Assembly (NCBI GenBank): GCA_003971905.1
Contig: RSEE01000091.1
Span: 186,001-250,000 of the forward strand
Origin: Moniliella sp. 'wahieum'
Taxonomy: Eukaryota
DNA length: 64,000 nucleotides
Direction of reading: 5' to 3'
Part shown: piece by piece, positions 27,570-39,640 of the stretch
Position numbering within the stretch: the stretch's first letter is position 1
Layout: each line of letters opens with the position of its first letter
The notes under the pieces: generated by a model
Database searches by the model: none
The model's input: the letters and a program-made list of their open reading frames with translations, nothing else
Told to the model about the DNA's origin: nothing
Position numbers and translations under genes: made by a program

Positions 27570-30500
27570 GTGGCCGACTTGCCGCTCGACCCGTCTACAT
27601 GTTTACCAGTGGTTCGCCTCGTTCACCCCCCGGGGTCGGGCAACTCTTCCGTAGGTCGCGACTGTCACATGTCAGAACATGGCGGTCGCGCACTTCTGGG
27701 TGTGGACGGTCGCCCACTGTGGCACCTATATTTACAGTGTTGTGCGGGTGCAGCGCAGACAGACAGACAGAAGGTGTAAAACGGATGGAGACGAGAGGAA
27801 GCGGAAACCCGCCGGACGGGGAACGGAACCCGGGCGGAATCACCCAGGACCCGTGCCGTCCGCACAAGTGTATCCAGTCTTTTCTTGATGACGATGGAGG
27901 GGAGCCATTATGGAGAACGACACTTGCGACTCCATCGTACTTAATCATCCATTGAAGCTACAATATATACCTAAACTGTGACAGTTTTGGCACAGCCTTT
28001 TTTTGGAGGAACTTATTCCTCCGCCACCACAACAAGGACAATGACCTCATCGGGACGTATCCCAACAAGGCCTGGCAACTCCCTCCGCCCCCCGACTTCT
28101 CAACGCGCGAAGCTCCCGACCCAGTCACCAAAGCCAATCGCCTCATTCGGGAGGGCTGCCTCAGCCGCGCAGCAAGCACCCTCGTCGGCCAATCCACCAT
28201 TGCCCCTCTCACCCCCGAGACCCAGGCAAGCCTGGAAAAGCTCCACCCCGTTGGAGAGGCGAACCCCTTCAACCTCGGTCCGGGCACAGCCTTCGGCAAC
28301 GCCTCCAGCCGCACTCGTCCTACCCACACAGGCCGCGAGGTACCGCCGGGCACCATCCTCACCGACACGACGGACAGTAACCGCATCGTGGTGGACTTGG
28401 ACGAAATCGACTTTGTTGCTCTGATTGCCACGTTCAGAATCGACGTTGGGGCAGGTCTATCCGGGTGGACCCAGCCCCTCCTGAAAACAGCCCTTGGATG
28501 CGAACGCTTCGTCACCTTTCTCACCGCCCTCACCAAGAGTATTTACCACGGCACTGCCCCTGGACGCGAGCTCCTGTTGGCCTCCCGCCTTACCCCCCTG
28601 GAGAAGGCATCGGGAGGTATCCGCCCCATCGCCTGTGGGGAGCTGATCTACCGCCTGTGCGCCAAGGCCATCGCTCGAGCGATCAAACCCAACAGCTGGC
28701 TTCTCCCCACCCAGCTGGGAGTAGCATCGCAAAACGGGGTGGAGCCTATCGTGCGGATGGTCGAGCGCATGACAGCGCCAGGCGGGGAGAACGATGCGGA
28801 AATGGGCGACTTCAGCCACGTCGCCATGCTCGACTTTACCAACGCGTTCAACACTGTGCGCCGTCGCACACTCGCCAAGGCTCCATGCCTACGCCCCCCA
28901 CCTCCTCACCTTGGGCCGGTGGATCTATGGTTCCCCCACCCAGCTTTGGGTTGCGTCGGGCGGAAATGAGACCAGCGTCCTGTCGGCAGAGGGCGTGCGG
29001 CAGGGCGACCCCCTCGCCCCCTTTTTCTTCTCCATCGCAGTGCGGCCCACGCTAGAGAAGTTGAGCATTGCTCTGCCGCCGGGCACCTGGTGATGGCATA
29101 CCTGGACGACATTACCATTTTCGGTCCAGAGCCAGGCATTACCGGCCAAGCTGCCGAGATTTTGGAAGACGACGCGTCAGCCTCAAGCTCAACCTGCGCA
29201 AGTGCGTCGAGCGGGACCGGGACCAGATCCGGGAGGATGGTCTGCAGGTTCTGGGCACTTGTGGGAGGGGTAGACTGTCGTCGATCGTGGCTCCGGGCCC
29301 AACTGGCCAGTCTGAGGGAGAACATGCCTAAGTTTGATGGCATCACCCGCCAGGGACGCCTCTTACTATGGCGGCTCAGCACTCAGACCAAGCTGCGCCA
29401 CCTGCTCCGCACCATGCAGATGGAAGGAGAGCTAGACGAAGTGCTGGCCGAGATCGATGCCTTCATCTGTACGGAGTTCAGACGGATCCGGGGCGACGAG
29501 GATCCCCAAGGTGCCAAGGACGACCACTTCGACATGCTCATGAGCCTGCCTCTCCGGCTAGGAGGATGCGGCAGCCCGCTTTACTCGTATATCGCGCCCC
29601 ACGCCCGTGCCGCGGCCAACGAGGTCAACGACTATCTTATTACCACTTATGTTGACCGTTCGGGACCGCAAACGGCAGAGGCCAACGCATTTACGAAGCA
29701 ACGCCAGCGCTGCCGCGAGATGTGGGAGAAAAGTCGACAGGAGCTGCTCCAGAAGCTGGACGCTGCCGATGGTCGTCACGTGGTTGAGCACAGCAACCCG
29801 AGCCACAACTGGCTCTCCGCCATTCCGTCCGTCCCATACCTCAGGCTCTCCGACCAGCAGGTCCAGGTTGGTCTCCAGCTCCGCACGCTGTGCCGCACCA
29901 CGCGCAGCATGTGCAAGTGCGGTGTCATGTCCTCGCTGGAGCACATCATGTATTGCACTCGCTCCCAGGCCAAGTTTGGAGCGTTGCATGACGCAGTGCG
30001 GGAGCCCATTCTCCAGCTCCTACGCTCCATTCCCGACACCCATGTCCACAACGAACCAATGGTGGAGGACGAGGATGGCCGGAGACAGAGGACACAGCGC
30101 ACTGACTACCGCGTGATGGGACCCGGAGCACTGGGAGGATCAGGAATGGAGGTCGACCACACGCTGCGCGACACGGGATCACTGGCAGCGCAGAGCGCGT
30201 TCCGGAGGGTGTGCACGCGAGCACCGCAACCCCCTTGGAACGCCGGGAGAAGGAGCTGCTTCGGATGCTTGAACAAGCAAATGCGAGAAGAACGCCAAGT
30301 ACCAGGGACGCACTCAAGAGACGTTTTTCCCCCTGGTTTTGACGACGCGAGGATACTACGGCACCAAGACGGCGAGCAAGTTGTTTGCGCATTGGAAGGA
30401 GTTGGCTACTAATCTCAGTGGAAATGGTTCCTCGCTCGGATGTCAACCACGTTCCTCCGTGTCCATACGCGCTTCCTAGGGTACGGGACCGGATGGCATG

Positions 30501-30600
30501 AGCCGGAGGGTCCTGATATCCTGGCGATCCCCCTGGTTCCTTGACCCTGGTGGCGCCCCTAAGTAACCCCGCAAGATGAACGGTTAGGTTTAGACGTAGC
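27570..30600 (+). mobile_element. CRE-clade (Cnl1/MoTeR-like) non-LTR retrotransposon: RT + CCHC + restriction-like endonuclease
   Basis: Frameshifted polyprotein: ANRLIREGCLSRAASTL...LEKLHP, AGLSGW, RLTPLEK..GGIRPIACGE, QLGV, LDFTNAFN, GVRQGDPLAP, AYLDD, LPLRLGGCG, WLSAIP, CKC...H...C, HDAVR, EP...RTDY...EVD, EKNAKY, FFPLVLTTRG. Coding ends ~30544; element ends not defined. Confidence 0.88.
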
Positions 30601-30734
30601 GTTCCCCCTGTCCCAGCCTTCTTAAGTCTGCCAATGAAATGGACGTTCTCTAGGGATACACTTGGCGCAATGACAAAAACGGCCAACACCTGAAAGATCG
30701 GACATGGCAAATCGAAATTGGGGCGATGATAGGG

Positions 30735-32578
30735 CTAGAGTCGCGCTTCAGGCCACTCGCTCTCGTCATCGTCATTGGACAAAGGGGAGAGTAAGGTCTC
30801 CTCTAGCCACTGGCTCACCATGTCTGCACAGAGTTCCGGGTGGACCTGAGGCATCATATGCTGGGCTCCCTCGACGAGTACAGCCTCCCCACGGATAGGA
30901 AGGCACTGCAACAGAGTGGGCCAGTCGACAAAGGGAGGATCACTTGGGTACCGAGCCAGCTGAGCCTGGGTGAGTGTGGTACGCATCTTCTCTCCATTAG
31001 ATAGTTGGAGGGGCTTGGCGGGCTGGGACGCGGCGAGGGGAAAAGTACGGACGCGAGTGAAAAAGGGAAAAGGCGTATCGTGCACAGGAAACTCGGTGGC
31101 CAAAAGAACGTACATTCGGCCCCGAGTGGGGGGATGAAACGCACCAAAACGCCCACTGGTGTTGGCTAGATGGACATAGACACTGGGCCATCCTGCTGCG
31201 TAGACCTCAGCTTCGGCTGTCTTGTTGTTGTTCAAGGCTACACCATCAGGGTGAAAGGACAAGGCGAAGCGAAGATAGATAGCAATTGCCTCATCGGTCC
31301 AATCCGGATAGGCGCGACGGATGGCACTCTCCCTTCTGCTGATTAGGAAACAAATCACGTCGTTTGGACACCAAGTGGGACAGATTGCTGAGCCCTCGTT
31401 CCGTACTCGTCCAGATCGGCAGGCCACGTGGGATCTCTTCCATGTTTTCGGTAAGGAGAGGTGGCATATCCCCACAGCATAAAACGGCGGCATGAAGTAG
31501 GTAGGATCCAAAAGGATACCAGTGTGGAACAGATCCGGGCGAACGTTTAGTGTCATTCCACCTAGCGCACCACCCATACTGTGTCCCACAAAAATAGTGC
31601 GTGGGCGTGAGCGGTCAGACGCAAGCCGGGGAAGAACTTGGGGTGACGATGTATCGGGTGGGGGGAGGTAATGGTCCACAAACTGGATGAAGTCACGACA
31701 CATATCAGGCCAAAAAAAACTGTTTTCAACAAATCTCTGTGTTAGTACTGTACTGACTGTTTCCGCGTGCATATAATACACAGTATTTTAGGTCAGAAAG
31801 AAACAGGACTTACGACCATGCGCGCTACCTTCACGGTTCAGATCGGCAGCCTCACCCGATATGAGGTGTTCCATGATCCAAATGTCGCGAATCCGTACCT
31901 TGCTATTGTGCAAACGATGAACCAGCATGCGAAGAAAAGGCTCCAATATCTGCAAGAAGAGTCAGATACGATGCAACCCCTGAATTATACCCATTCCAAT
32001 GCCAACAATAAACATACCTCTTTGACCATCCCTGCTGCATGCCCAGAACTAGGGTCACATCTTCCCCTTCCTCGTCGTGGGAAGCAGAAAAGGAGGGGAA
32101 GGGTAGATTCGTTCGGCGACACCCCATAGCTGACGTTGCTTGTCACGGATACGTTCTTCCACAATCCGTTTTTTCTCCTCTTTCCCGAAGGGCACTGGGT
32201 GTAGAGTCAAGCGCTGTATATACGATGATGCCAATTCTTCCCACCGTTCTGCTGATTCTTTTCTGCTCAAACCCGGGGGTGGAAATGCTTGACCCTCGGG
32301 CAAAGTTGCTTCCCGTAGCAGGCGCGGCCAGGCGGCAGGGAATGTGTGCGAACGGCTAATCCATGCGACGTCGTCGGGACCGTAGAAAGCCACCCTTTCC
32401 TCCCGTAGGCCGTTTGGTAAACAATGAAAAGGTGGCTCCAACGCGTCACATACGTCAAAAGGGACTTGCAATCCTTCGTACGTCTCCCTGAGTTGGCAGG
32501 GGGAAGGAGGGGTAGAACCACCTCACTAGGGTCGGCCAAGGCCATGCGCAAGGCTTCTTTGTTGACGGGGAGTGCCAT
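30735..32578 (-). CDS. Alpha/beta hydrolase fold protein
   Basis: Nucleophile elbow IFVGHSMGG, following GILLDP, C-terminal VEGAQHMMPQVHP. Upstream exons from ATG 32578 inferred; several introns. Confidence 0.75.
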
Positions 32579-33292
32579 ATATCCAGATCGACTTGTAACG
32601 ATGGCGGGCTGGAATGGTATATGATATGAAAATGAAAACTAGATGTGCGTGCTGGAAGACGCTCTTATATATTAGGTCCCAATACTCTTCTCGTCGGCTT
32701 CCCTTTTGCTGGTCCCTACCGGATGCCTTCTGTTTCCCCCACGAACTCTCTTTGCGTTCCCCCCGTCTCTGACAGGATCTTGGTCTCCCTCGCCTTGCCC
32801 CAATTGCTACAGAGGGGATAACAAAGAGAAGGGGTGGCAGTATGCATTTAGGACGTTATATATAGACGAGGTGGCTTTTTTGTTCCACTGAGAAGGGGTA
32901 CCAGTTACCTGGTACCAGTAGACACTGGATAATGTTCCAGGTTTGCCCGCCGGATATCGTTGTGCTCTGATTGATCTGAGATCTGATTACATCGAGCATC
33001 CCAAATGCATCTTGTAAAGCGGCGGAACAAAGGTCCGAATACGTATTCAAATGATAAGCTGCAAAATGTGTTTTCTCTTTTCGTTCGTGCGCAAAAGACG
33101 ATGCGGATGCCAAAACTATTATTGACTTTAGGTACCGGTGGACCCTTAGCACAAGGAGGGTCGCCCACTCTCGTATATGGGAGAGGACATGGGCGCCACG
33201 AGTGCCCCGAGCGCCGCAGCAGTAAGCGAAACATTGAGTTGAACGTTATCCAGTGTGTGTCTAAAAAGAAGTAAAAGAAGGCGTGACGCCGA

Positions 33293-33360
33293 TGACCGAT
33301 GACCGTTGAACGCTGATTAATGATTGCTTCGATAACACTGAGTACTCAGACTGAGTACTG
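33293..33360. repeat. 7-bp-periodic TGA-N4 run with all-different spacers
   Basis: TGA at 33293, 33300, 33307, 33314, 33321 (CCGA, CCGT, ACGC, TTAA), then TGA-GTAC-TCA. Confidence 0.8.
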
Positions 33361-35180
33361 GTGCTGTCCGCGCTATACCCACCGGGGCACTGTGATAGGC
33401 ACAGAGATTAGATACTCGGCATTACCACGAAAGCTTGACCCTAGCTGTCTATGTAAGAAGACCAGAGAGCTGGCAGTCGGTGATGTATTGCATTGAGCAT
33501 GAGCTGCAGAGAGGCTAATAGAGAATATTCCCCTTAGTTGGAATATTGGGAGGAACCCACCGGAAGGATCCGGTGGGCTTGGTCTACCTGCGGCACTATA
33601 CACCACAGTATGGGAGGAGGGCGCCGCAATCTATGTCTCTCCTTCTCCTTCGAGAGGAGAACCCTCTTTGGGGCTATCCAACAACAAAGAATTTCCTACA
33701 AGCTTGAAGAAAGAGGAGATATTTGAGATGGAGGTATGGCACATGGATGTCATAGTATACCCGCAGTTGTTGCCATGGGCGTGTCACGGGCGTGCCCCGC
33801 CATGGGGTTCACCAGGTTTATGGGATACAATCCCTTAGGAGACGGAAGGACGGCACACGGTACTTCGAGCTTGGGCTAGTCGGTGGGTGCGAGCGAACGA
33901 GGAGGGGCCTTTGGTCGTGAAGCGGAGGTGTCTGCACGGGTGGCAAGGCTACGCATGCACCGGCTGGACGGCAGTAGTACGTGTCTAAAGCCTCCGGTCC
34001 TTGGGGACAGGTCGCTGAATGGGTCCTGGGACTCGGGGTAACGCGTAACGTGGGTTACCTGGTCGTTACCTCACTCGACACGCGTATGTAGTACGGCGGA
34101 ATGAGACTGAGTCCTAATGAAGAGCAAGGGCAACGAGGAAACCGTGGCATGCAAGTGATCGACGTAACTCGTAAATTCTTTTAAAGCGCAAGGGAGGACC
34201 AGTGACTAGGACTAGTGACCAGTGACGACTGTGTGAGAGGGGCGACGCAAGGATAAGAGAGTAATGGAAAGACGGGGGGAAAGACAAGGGTTGGGCGGTG
34301 AGGATCACACTAGCGAGCCTCAGATAGGGCCGCTTATATACCGTACTAGAACAGAGGCATCAACAGAAGGGAATGATTTGACTGTATAATAAGGGGAAAA
34401 GCGTGGCCTGCTCTGTCAGATTGCGATTCGGTGCGCCGCAGCAGATGATTGAAGCTGGTGAAGGGTTCTACCAAGATTGGGGTGCAGCAGTTACGAAGCT
34501 TCGTACTGTAAGGCCGGTTCCCCCTGGCTCTCCACGGAAAGTATCCGCGGCATGTATAAGTTGCCCATACAATGCTGACTTTCACTCACTAGGCTCGCAG
34601 GGCTGACGTGTGCTTCGATGAGATCTGAGATCCTGAGAGGTTTACGAAATGCGGGGCTCGGTGTTCGGAGATGACCGGAGCGCCCCATAACAGTTGTCTT
34701 CACCTGTGTCAAATGTCCAATCGACCCATGTGTGGTTCCAACTTGTGGTCCATTGGCTGCGCAGGTATACCTCTGTTTCTCCCGCCATCTTATGATCATA
34801 TTGCCATTCCCCAACTTCGCCCAAAAATGACACGCAGAGCATTTCCGCTCCTACGGATGCCCATATCTTGGGATACTAAAGCAAACAATACAGGGCTTTT
34901 CCTTCAAGAAAACCTATTGAACCCTGGCCATAGTCCAGGTAAGATGGCTAACAGGAAGCGGATCGATGCGCATAACGCGAGGGGGGTAACGCAGGCCAGA
35001 ACAGGATCCAATGGCCTTGTCCCTCACTGTCAGGAGGGAAAGTGCTCGACGAACATAAGCAAGCAAATGTGCTTAACCACGGGGACCAGTAAGGCTTGGC
35101 TATAGGTGAATGCTAGATGGGCCTCGACTTGACTTGTCTATCCGTAAATCGTCGAGTGAGATGCATTGTTGCCATCCAGG

Positions 35181-36055
35181 CTACACCAGCGTCTCATTCC
35201 GTACAGGCGAATGAGGAGGATCAAATTCCTGGTGCTCCTGAGGGTGCCTCGGTCTTCTTCCATGACGCGACGTGGCCGCGGGGCTTGTCCCAGCTGGGAA
35301 AACGAGGTAATTCCAACAATCGACTCGGTCCCATGGTCGGGGAGTGGGTTTAGTGCACTGGCACTGGTAAGGTAATTGATCTCCTGTAGACATCTGGGTT
35401 GGATTAGCATCAATGCCTAATAATATGGGGTAAGACAGGGTAGAAGGGGAGAACGTACTGCTGCATAAAGTCCCTGCTTCGCGCTTTGGACTTGGGGTCT
35501 TTCTGGGCTAGCAGCACGCTGGAACCAGACGGGGCGGCGCCGAGCGCTGAACCGGGGCGAGACCCGCGTGACGAGAGCGGGCGGGAGGGAAGGATGTTGG
35601 CGATCTGAGCGTGAATCGGGTGAGGCGGGTGGTCCTCCTCCTCGTGCGGTTCATCGGGGTGGCCGTTAGAGTGTCCCTCGGAGGGGGAGACGGGGGAAGC
35701 AGGGCCAGAATCTTGTGTGGCGCCCGCGGCTGCAACGAGGTAGCGTGCCCGTCCTGGCGGAGCGCAAACTCAAGCATCTTAACACGGCGCATGAGATCCG
35801 TCTTGGCATTCTCCATACTCGCTCGCTCCCCCTCGAGCAGGGCGATGCGCGCTCGCATCTCGGCACGTTCAATCTCCCACTCGTTGCGTTCGCGCTCGTA
35901 TTGCCGCCACTCAGATTGAAGGTGGTGGAGCACTCCAGAGAAGGTGTACTGGCTGGTGGTGTCGCTAAGACCCACCAGGCCGGAGCCGCTTCCGGTGCTG
36001 CTGTCCCCAATCCCCCCACTCCCACCTGCACTCCCGTTCCGTACTCGTTGGCCAT
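35181..36055 (-). CDS. Striatin family protein (STRIPAK scaffold), N-terminal domain only visible
   Basis: YTFSGVLHHLQSEWRQYERERNEWEIERAEMRARIALLEGER...DLMRRVKMLEFALRQ, then KDPKSKARSRDFMQQ|intron|CLQEINYLTS..ALNPLP. Confidence 0.85.
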
Positions 36056-36736
36056 CGTCGTTGCCGTCGAGGAGCTCGAACGGCTCGCCACGCCCAGCAA
36101 TCGGAGCCTGAAAGGGACAGGTGCGCTGAGCTAAGCACATGAAATGTTCACAACCCAATTTACTCCACACTTTTGCATCAGGCACCCCGCCATACTCCTA
36201 TTACCCTCATATTACGGAGAACTGGACGGAGTAGTTGGAGAAGTATGTTGGGCAGTGAGTATACGGTCGGGGGGAGGGGGGTATGTGGAGTGGCCAAGAG
36301 CCCATCGGCCTTTAAGCTTCAGTGACATATGTGGCCCGACGTACGCTTCCAGCTTCGAAACTTATATCATCGCAGCTCATCACAGCTCATCACACTCACA
36401 ACAGTTCAAGCGTTGAGGGCGTTTTCGTTGATTATTGGGCGCGGATCCATAGGTGAAGAAAAACGCGGAGGCGAAGACACCAACGACTTGAGGGTTGGAG
36501 GGAGAATGGCTACAAAAATGCATGCTAGCGGGTCGAGGGACCTTTCGAAGGGCCACAGGAGCAGAATGATATTGTGTGTGGAAGCGGGGCCAATGTTCGG
36601 TGCAATTTTGTGGCAACGGAGGCGGAATGCACAACTCTATTCTGCATCCATATCATTGACAGAGCTTAAGGCTGGAACAGGGGAAAACATACTAGCTGGC
36701 CCTCTAACTCAGTAGAGCGCGGTAGCCTGATATCGA

Positions 36737-37023
36737 TGAGTACTGAGTTCAGTACTGAGTCTCAGTACTGAGTACGCCTGAGGCTCTGAAGCTTGAAGCT
36801 TGAAGCTGGAAGCTCTTTATTAGGGCGGATGGGGTAGAAATCCACCCACCTACCCCCGATCGTCAAACCCAAATCACATGCAGGCCCCACCAACAAACGA
36901 AACGTAGGGTTGGCCTGATCCTGATCGGGTAATTTTATCGGTGATCACTGTGTGACCCATGATGTGCATGATGCATGATCGATTAATGACCGGGCCCAGT
37001 GACGCGTGACGCGCGACGCGTGA
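36737..37023. repeat. Dense TNA-N4 heptad cluster between divergent striatin and Tsp2 genes
   Basis: TGA-GTAC-TGA, TCA-GTAC-TGA x2, (TGA-AGCT)x3 at 36787-36807, TGA-TGCA-TGA-TCGA-TTA at 36969, TGA-CGCG-TGA-CGCG-CGA-CGCG-TGA at 37000. Confidence 0.8.
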
Positions 37024-37717
37024 CGCTCAATGGCAGTTGTCCAATGGGTTCATTAATCGGCGCTAAGCGGCTAAGCGCCTAAGGGCTCGGCGTCTCGTGT
37101 GGATGTGTGAAGCTAGTGCAAGTGCTTCGCGACCACCCCCATCGGGCGGCGGCAGCAGCACGGAGCCAGTGTGTTGCGTGGCCTGGATTCAGTGGGTGTG
37201 TGATGGAATGGAATTAATGAACCGGCTCTGGGCTACATTCCCAGTCGCATCATGCATCAATGGGGCGCGGGGGCGCTTCAGGGCGCGGAGGCTGTGCTGC
37301 CGCGTGTCGTTTTCGGCGACACGGGCACCACGCCAGTCTTGTGTGGCCAGCTATGGCGCTGAGCCGCTGTGCCGGGGTCCCTGGTTGCAGATCAGCTGTG
37401 GATCAGCAGAGGGGCAGTCTTGCGGAGAAGGAGGGTGAAACCAGGGGTCTAGTGCGCTGTGCTTCCTCGGGCGTGGCTTGGTGTTCCTTGGGGCTATCCA
37501 ATGCACAATGCCCATGCGCTTGCACCTCGAAGATGGAAGCTTGTGCTTCCAGGCAGAACAGGGGCCAGCGTCTGCGGCGGGAGGAGCACTGGCGGACCAT
37601 CCTCCACCTCACCAGTCGCTGGCTGCCTTCTGGCCCACGCACCTCGTCCCCCACCACCTTCCTCACTGCCACCCTTTCGAGTCACCTCTCATCCACGCTC
37701 TTTGGCCCTTCTTGGGC

Positions 37718-39640
37718 ATGTCCAACCCCTTTGCCCAACCCACGACGCCTCAGGCGGACCATTTCCCCTCTGAAGGCCCCACCTGCCCACCTCTTCCCAA
37801 GATTTTGCCGCACAACCCCTCAGTCCCCCGATTGATGCGGGTTCGCCCGATCCGTACCTGCCCCGAGGATGGTCTAACCCAGCGCTCCTCGTACGGCCGG
37901 GCCTTCCCTCCCTCTCCCTCCGCCAGTCCACTCGCCAGCCCCTTCCTACCCCCAACCAAGGAACCCATGACGGGCCTCTCTCCCTCGCCAGCCACTACCT
38001 CCCCGGCAAGATTGGCCGCATGCACCGTCTTGGCTCCCGCCGCCACCGCGGTTCGTCCCCCTATGTTGACCAGCAGCGGAGGAGCCACTACGAAGCAATC
38101 GGGGAGGAGGAGGAGCTTGGGGCCAGCGCACCTTCCACTCCCCGGCTAAGCACATTTGGTTCGGGTGCCTTCCGTAGAGGTGATCCCAGCCGTTGGTCTA
38201 CCCTCTCAGCCACTTTGGCTGCTTCTAAGAGCGCGTCCAAGCCCACTCTTCAACAACTTGCTGCAGAAGAGGATAGCACCCTTGGTCTCCCGACCTTGGG
38301 CGGGCACCGTTCTCCCACCCCTTCGCTCCGGCCCCTTCGCATCTCAATTCTATCTCATTGCCGAAGGAAGGCGGGGGGAGGGATGCAGGGCCCAAACGGC
38401 GGTGGCCACGCAGCCTTGGGCGCTGGCGGATTTGAAGACGACGATGGAGTCAACCTGGGCTTTGCATCGGGCGCAGTCCCCGCGGCTCAAGAGCCTGGGC
38501 TACGGCAACGGACTGTGTTTAGTGTGACGGCTAAAAAAGTGCTTGACACTTACAAGGACGACCCCGACACGCAAGAGGAGCCCAACTTTGTCCATCGCCT
38601 CATGGATGGCGTCTTTCCCCGCAATTCAGATGGAAAGGGCAAACGCCGTCTGCGCTGGAACAAGTTCAAGTGGGCCCTTTTTGGCGCCAACACGCTGTTG
38701 ACCCTGGTTTCCATTGGTGGGCTGGTAGGCACCATTCTTACCTGGACCAACGTATGGGAGCGCTCGGACATTGTGCGGACCGTCAATCGTACTGAGCTCA
38801 TTCTCGGCACTATCGCCGCATGTTTGATGTTATCACATCAATCGTCGGGTGGGGGATCCTACTCAACAACCGCGCTTTCCTTGCTGTTTGGACATTGCTT
38901 CACTGGATCTGCTTTGCCTTCCTTGTCGCGCCCGGATACATTGCCTACAAGCGGCACACCTTTAACCTCGAAGGGAAAATGAACGAGGCCTGGTCTCGTT
39001 CCCTTGGTGTGGATGGCCGCAGGATGGTTCAGAACACGTTAACCTGCTGTGGCTGGTTCAATCCTACAATCGAGGCCAGCGAGAGCAGTTTGTGCTATGC
39101 CCGTTCTGCTCTTCCCGGGTGCAAAGGGCGGATGACGCGGTTTGAACGGAAGGCCTTGCGGTACATTTACACATGTGCTTTCTCGCTCGTTGGCCCGCAC
39201 CTTGTCCTGATTGTCGTTTCACTCTTGTCATCGAACCACATTACCTATCGTTTCGGAAAGGGTCTCACACCCCCTGCCTACCGCCTCAATGCTACCACGG
39301 TTGCTCGGATCCAGGAGGACTTTATGACCAAGCTCACCGACATGTATGGACCCGAGATCGTGCCGGCGGTACTGGCAACCCAGAAGCGGTTGCAGAAGGA
39401 CCGCCAGAGCCTGCTCGACGATAACCGGAGCGACACACAGCTGATCCCTGCAGTCAGCCGAGCCATTCCGGACTCTCCTTCTGACGCCTATCTCCAGCCG
39501 CCTTCGAGCCACTCTCACCTGGGTGACTTGGGCGATCCTTTGGCTCCCATGGATTCGTCGGAGCAGCCGACTGGATACCCCAGACATACGGAAACGACCT
39601 CTATCCTTTCTCGCCATCCAGGGAACACCTTATGCGTTAG
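37718..39640 (+). CDS. TSP2: Tetraspanin, Tsp2 family (basidiomycete type with long N-terminal tail)
   Basis: WNKFKWALFGANTLLT, GILLNNRAFLA, PGYIAYKRHTFNLEGK, QNTLTCCGWF (CCG motif), CYARSALPGCKG, SNHITYRFGKGLTPPAYRL. End approximate. Confidence 0.85.

Noticed and set aside
27580..27660. Possible HDV-like ribozyme at the retroelement 5' end (GCCTCGT...GGGCAAC, hairpin GCTCGACCC/GGGTCGGGC)
   Set aside because: I could not build the nested P1/P1.1/P2/P3 pseudoknot by hand; only a simple stem is supported. A descriptor or Infernal search would be needed.
30557..30592. Telomere-like words CCCCTAA / GGTTAGGTTTAG at the retroelement 3' end
   Set aside because: Isolated single words in both orientations, not a tandem array; compatible with chance.
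36698..36770. tRNA-like start GGCCCTCTAACTCAGTAGAGCGCGG
   Set aside because: Resembles an acceptor/D-arm 5' half, but there is no D-loop GG, no pairing anticodon stem, no GTTCRA T-loop and no complementary 3' acceptor strand; downstream bases are heptad repeats.
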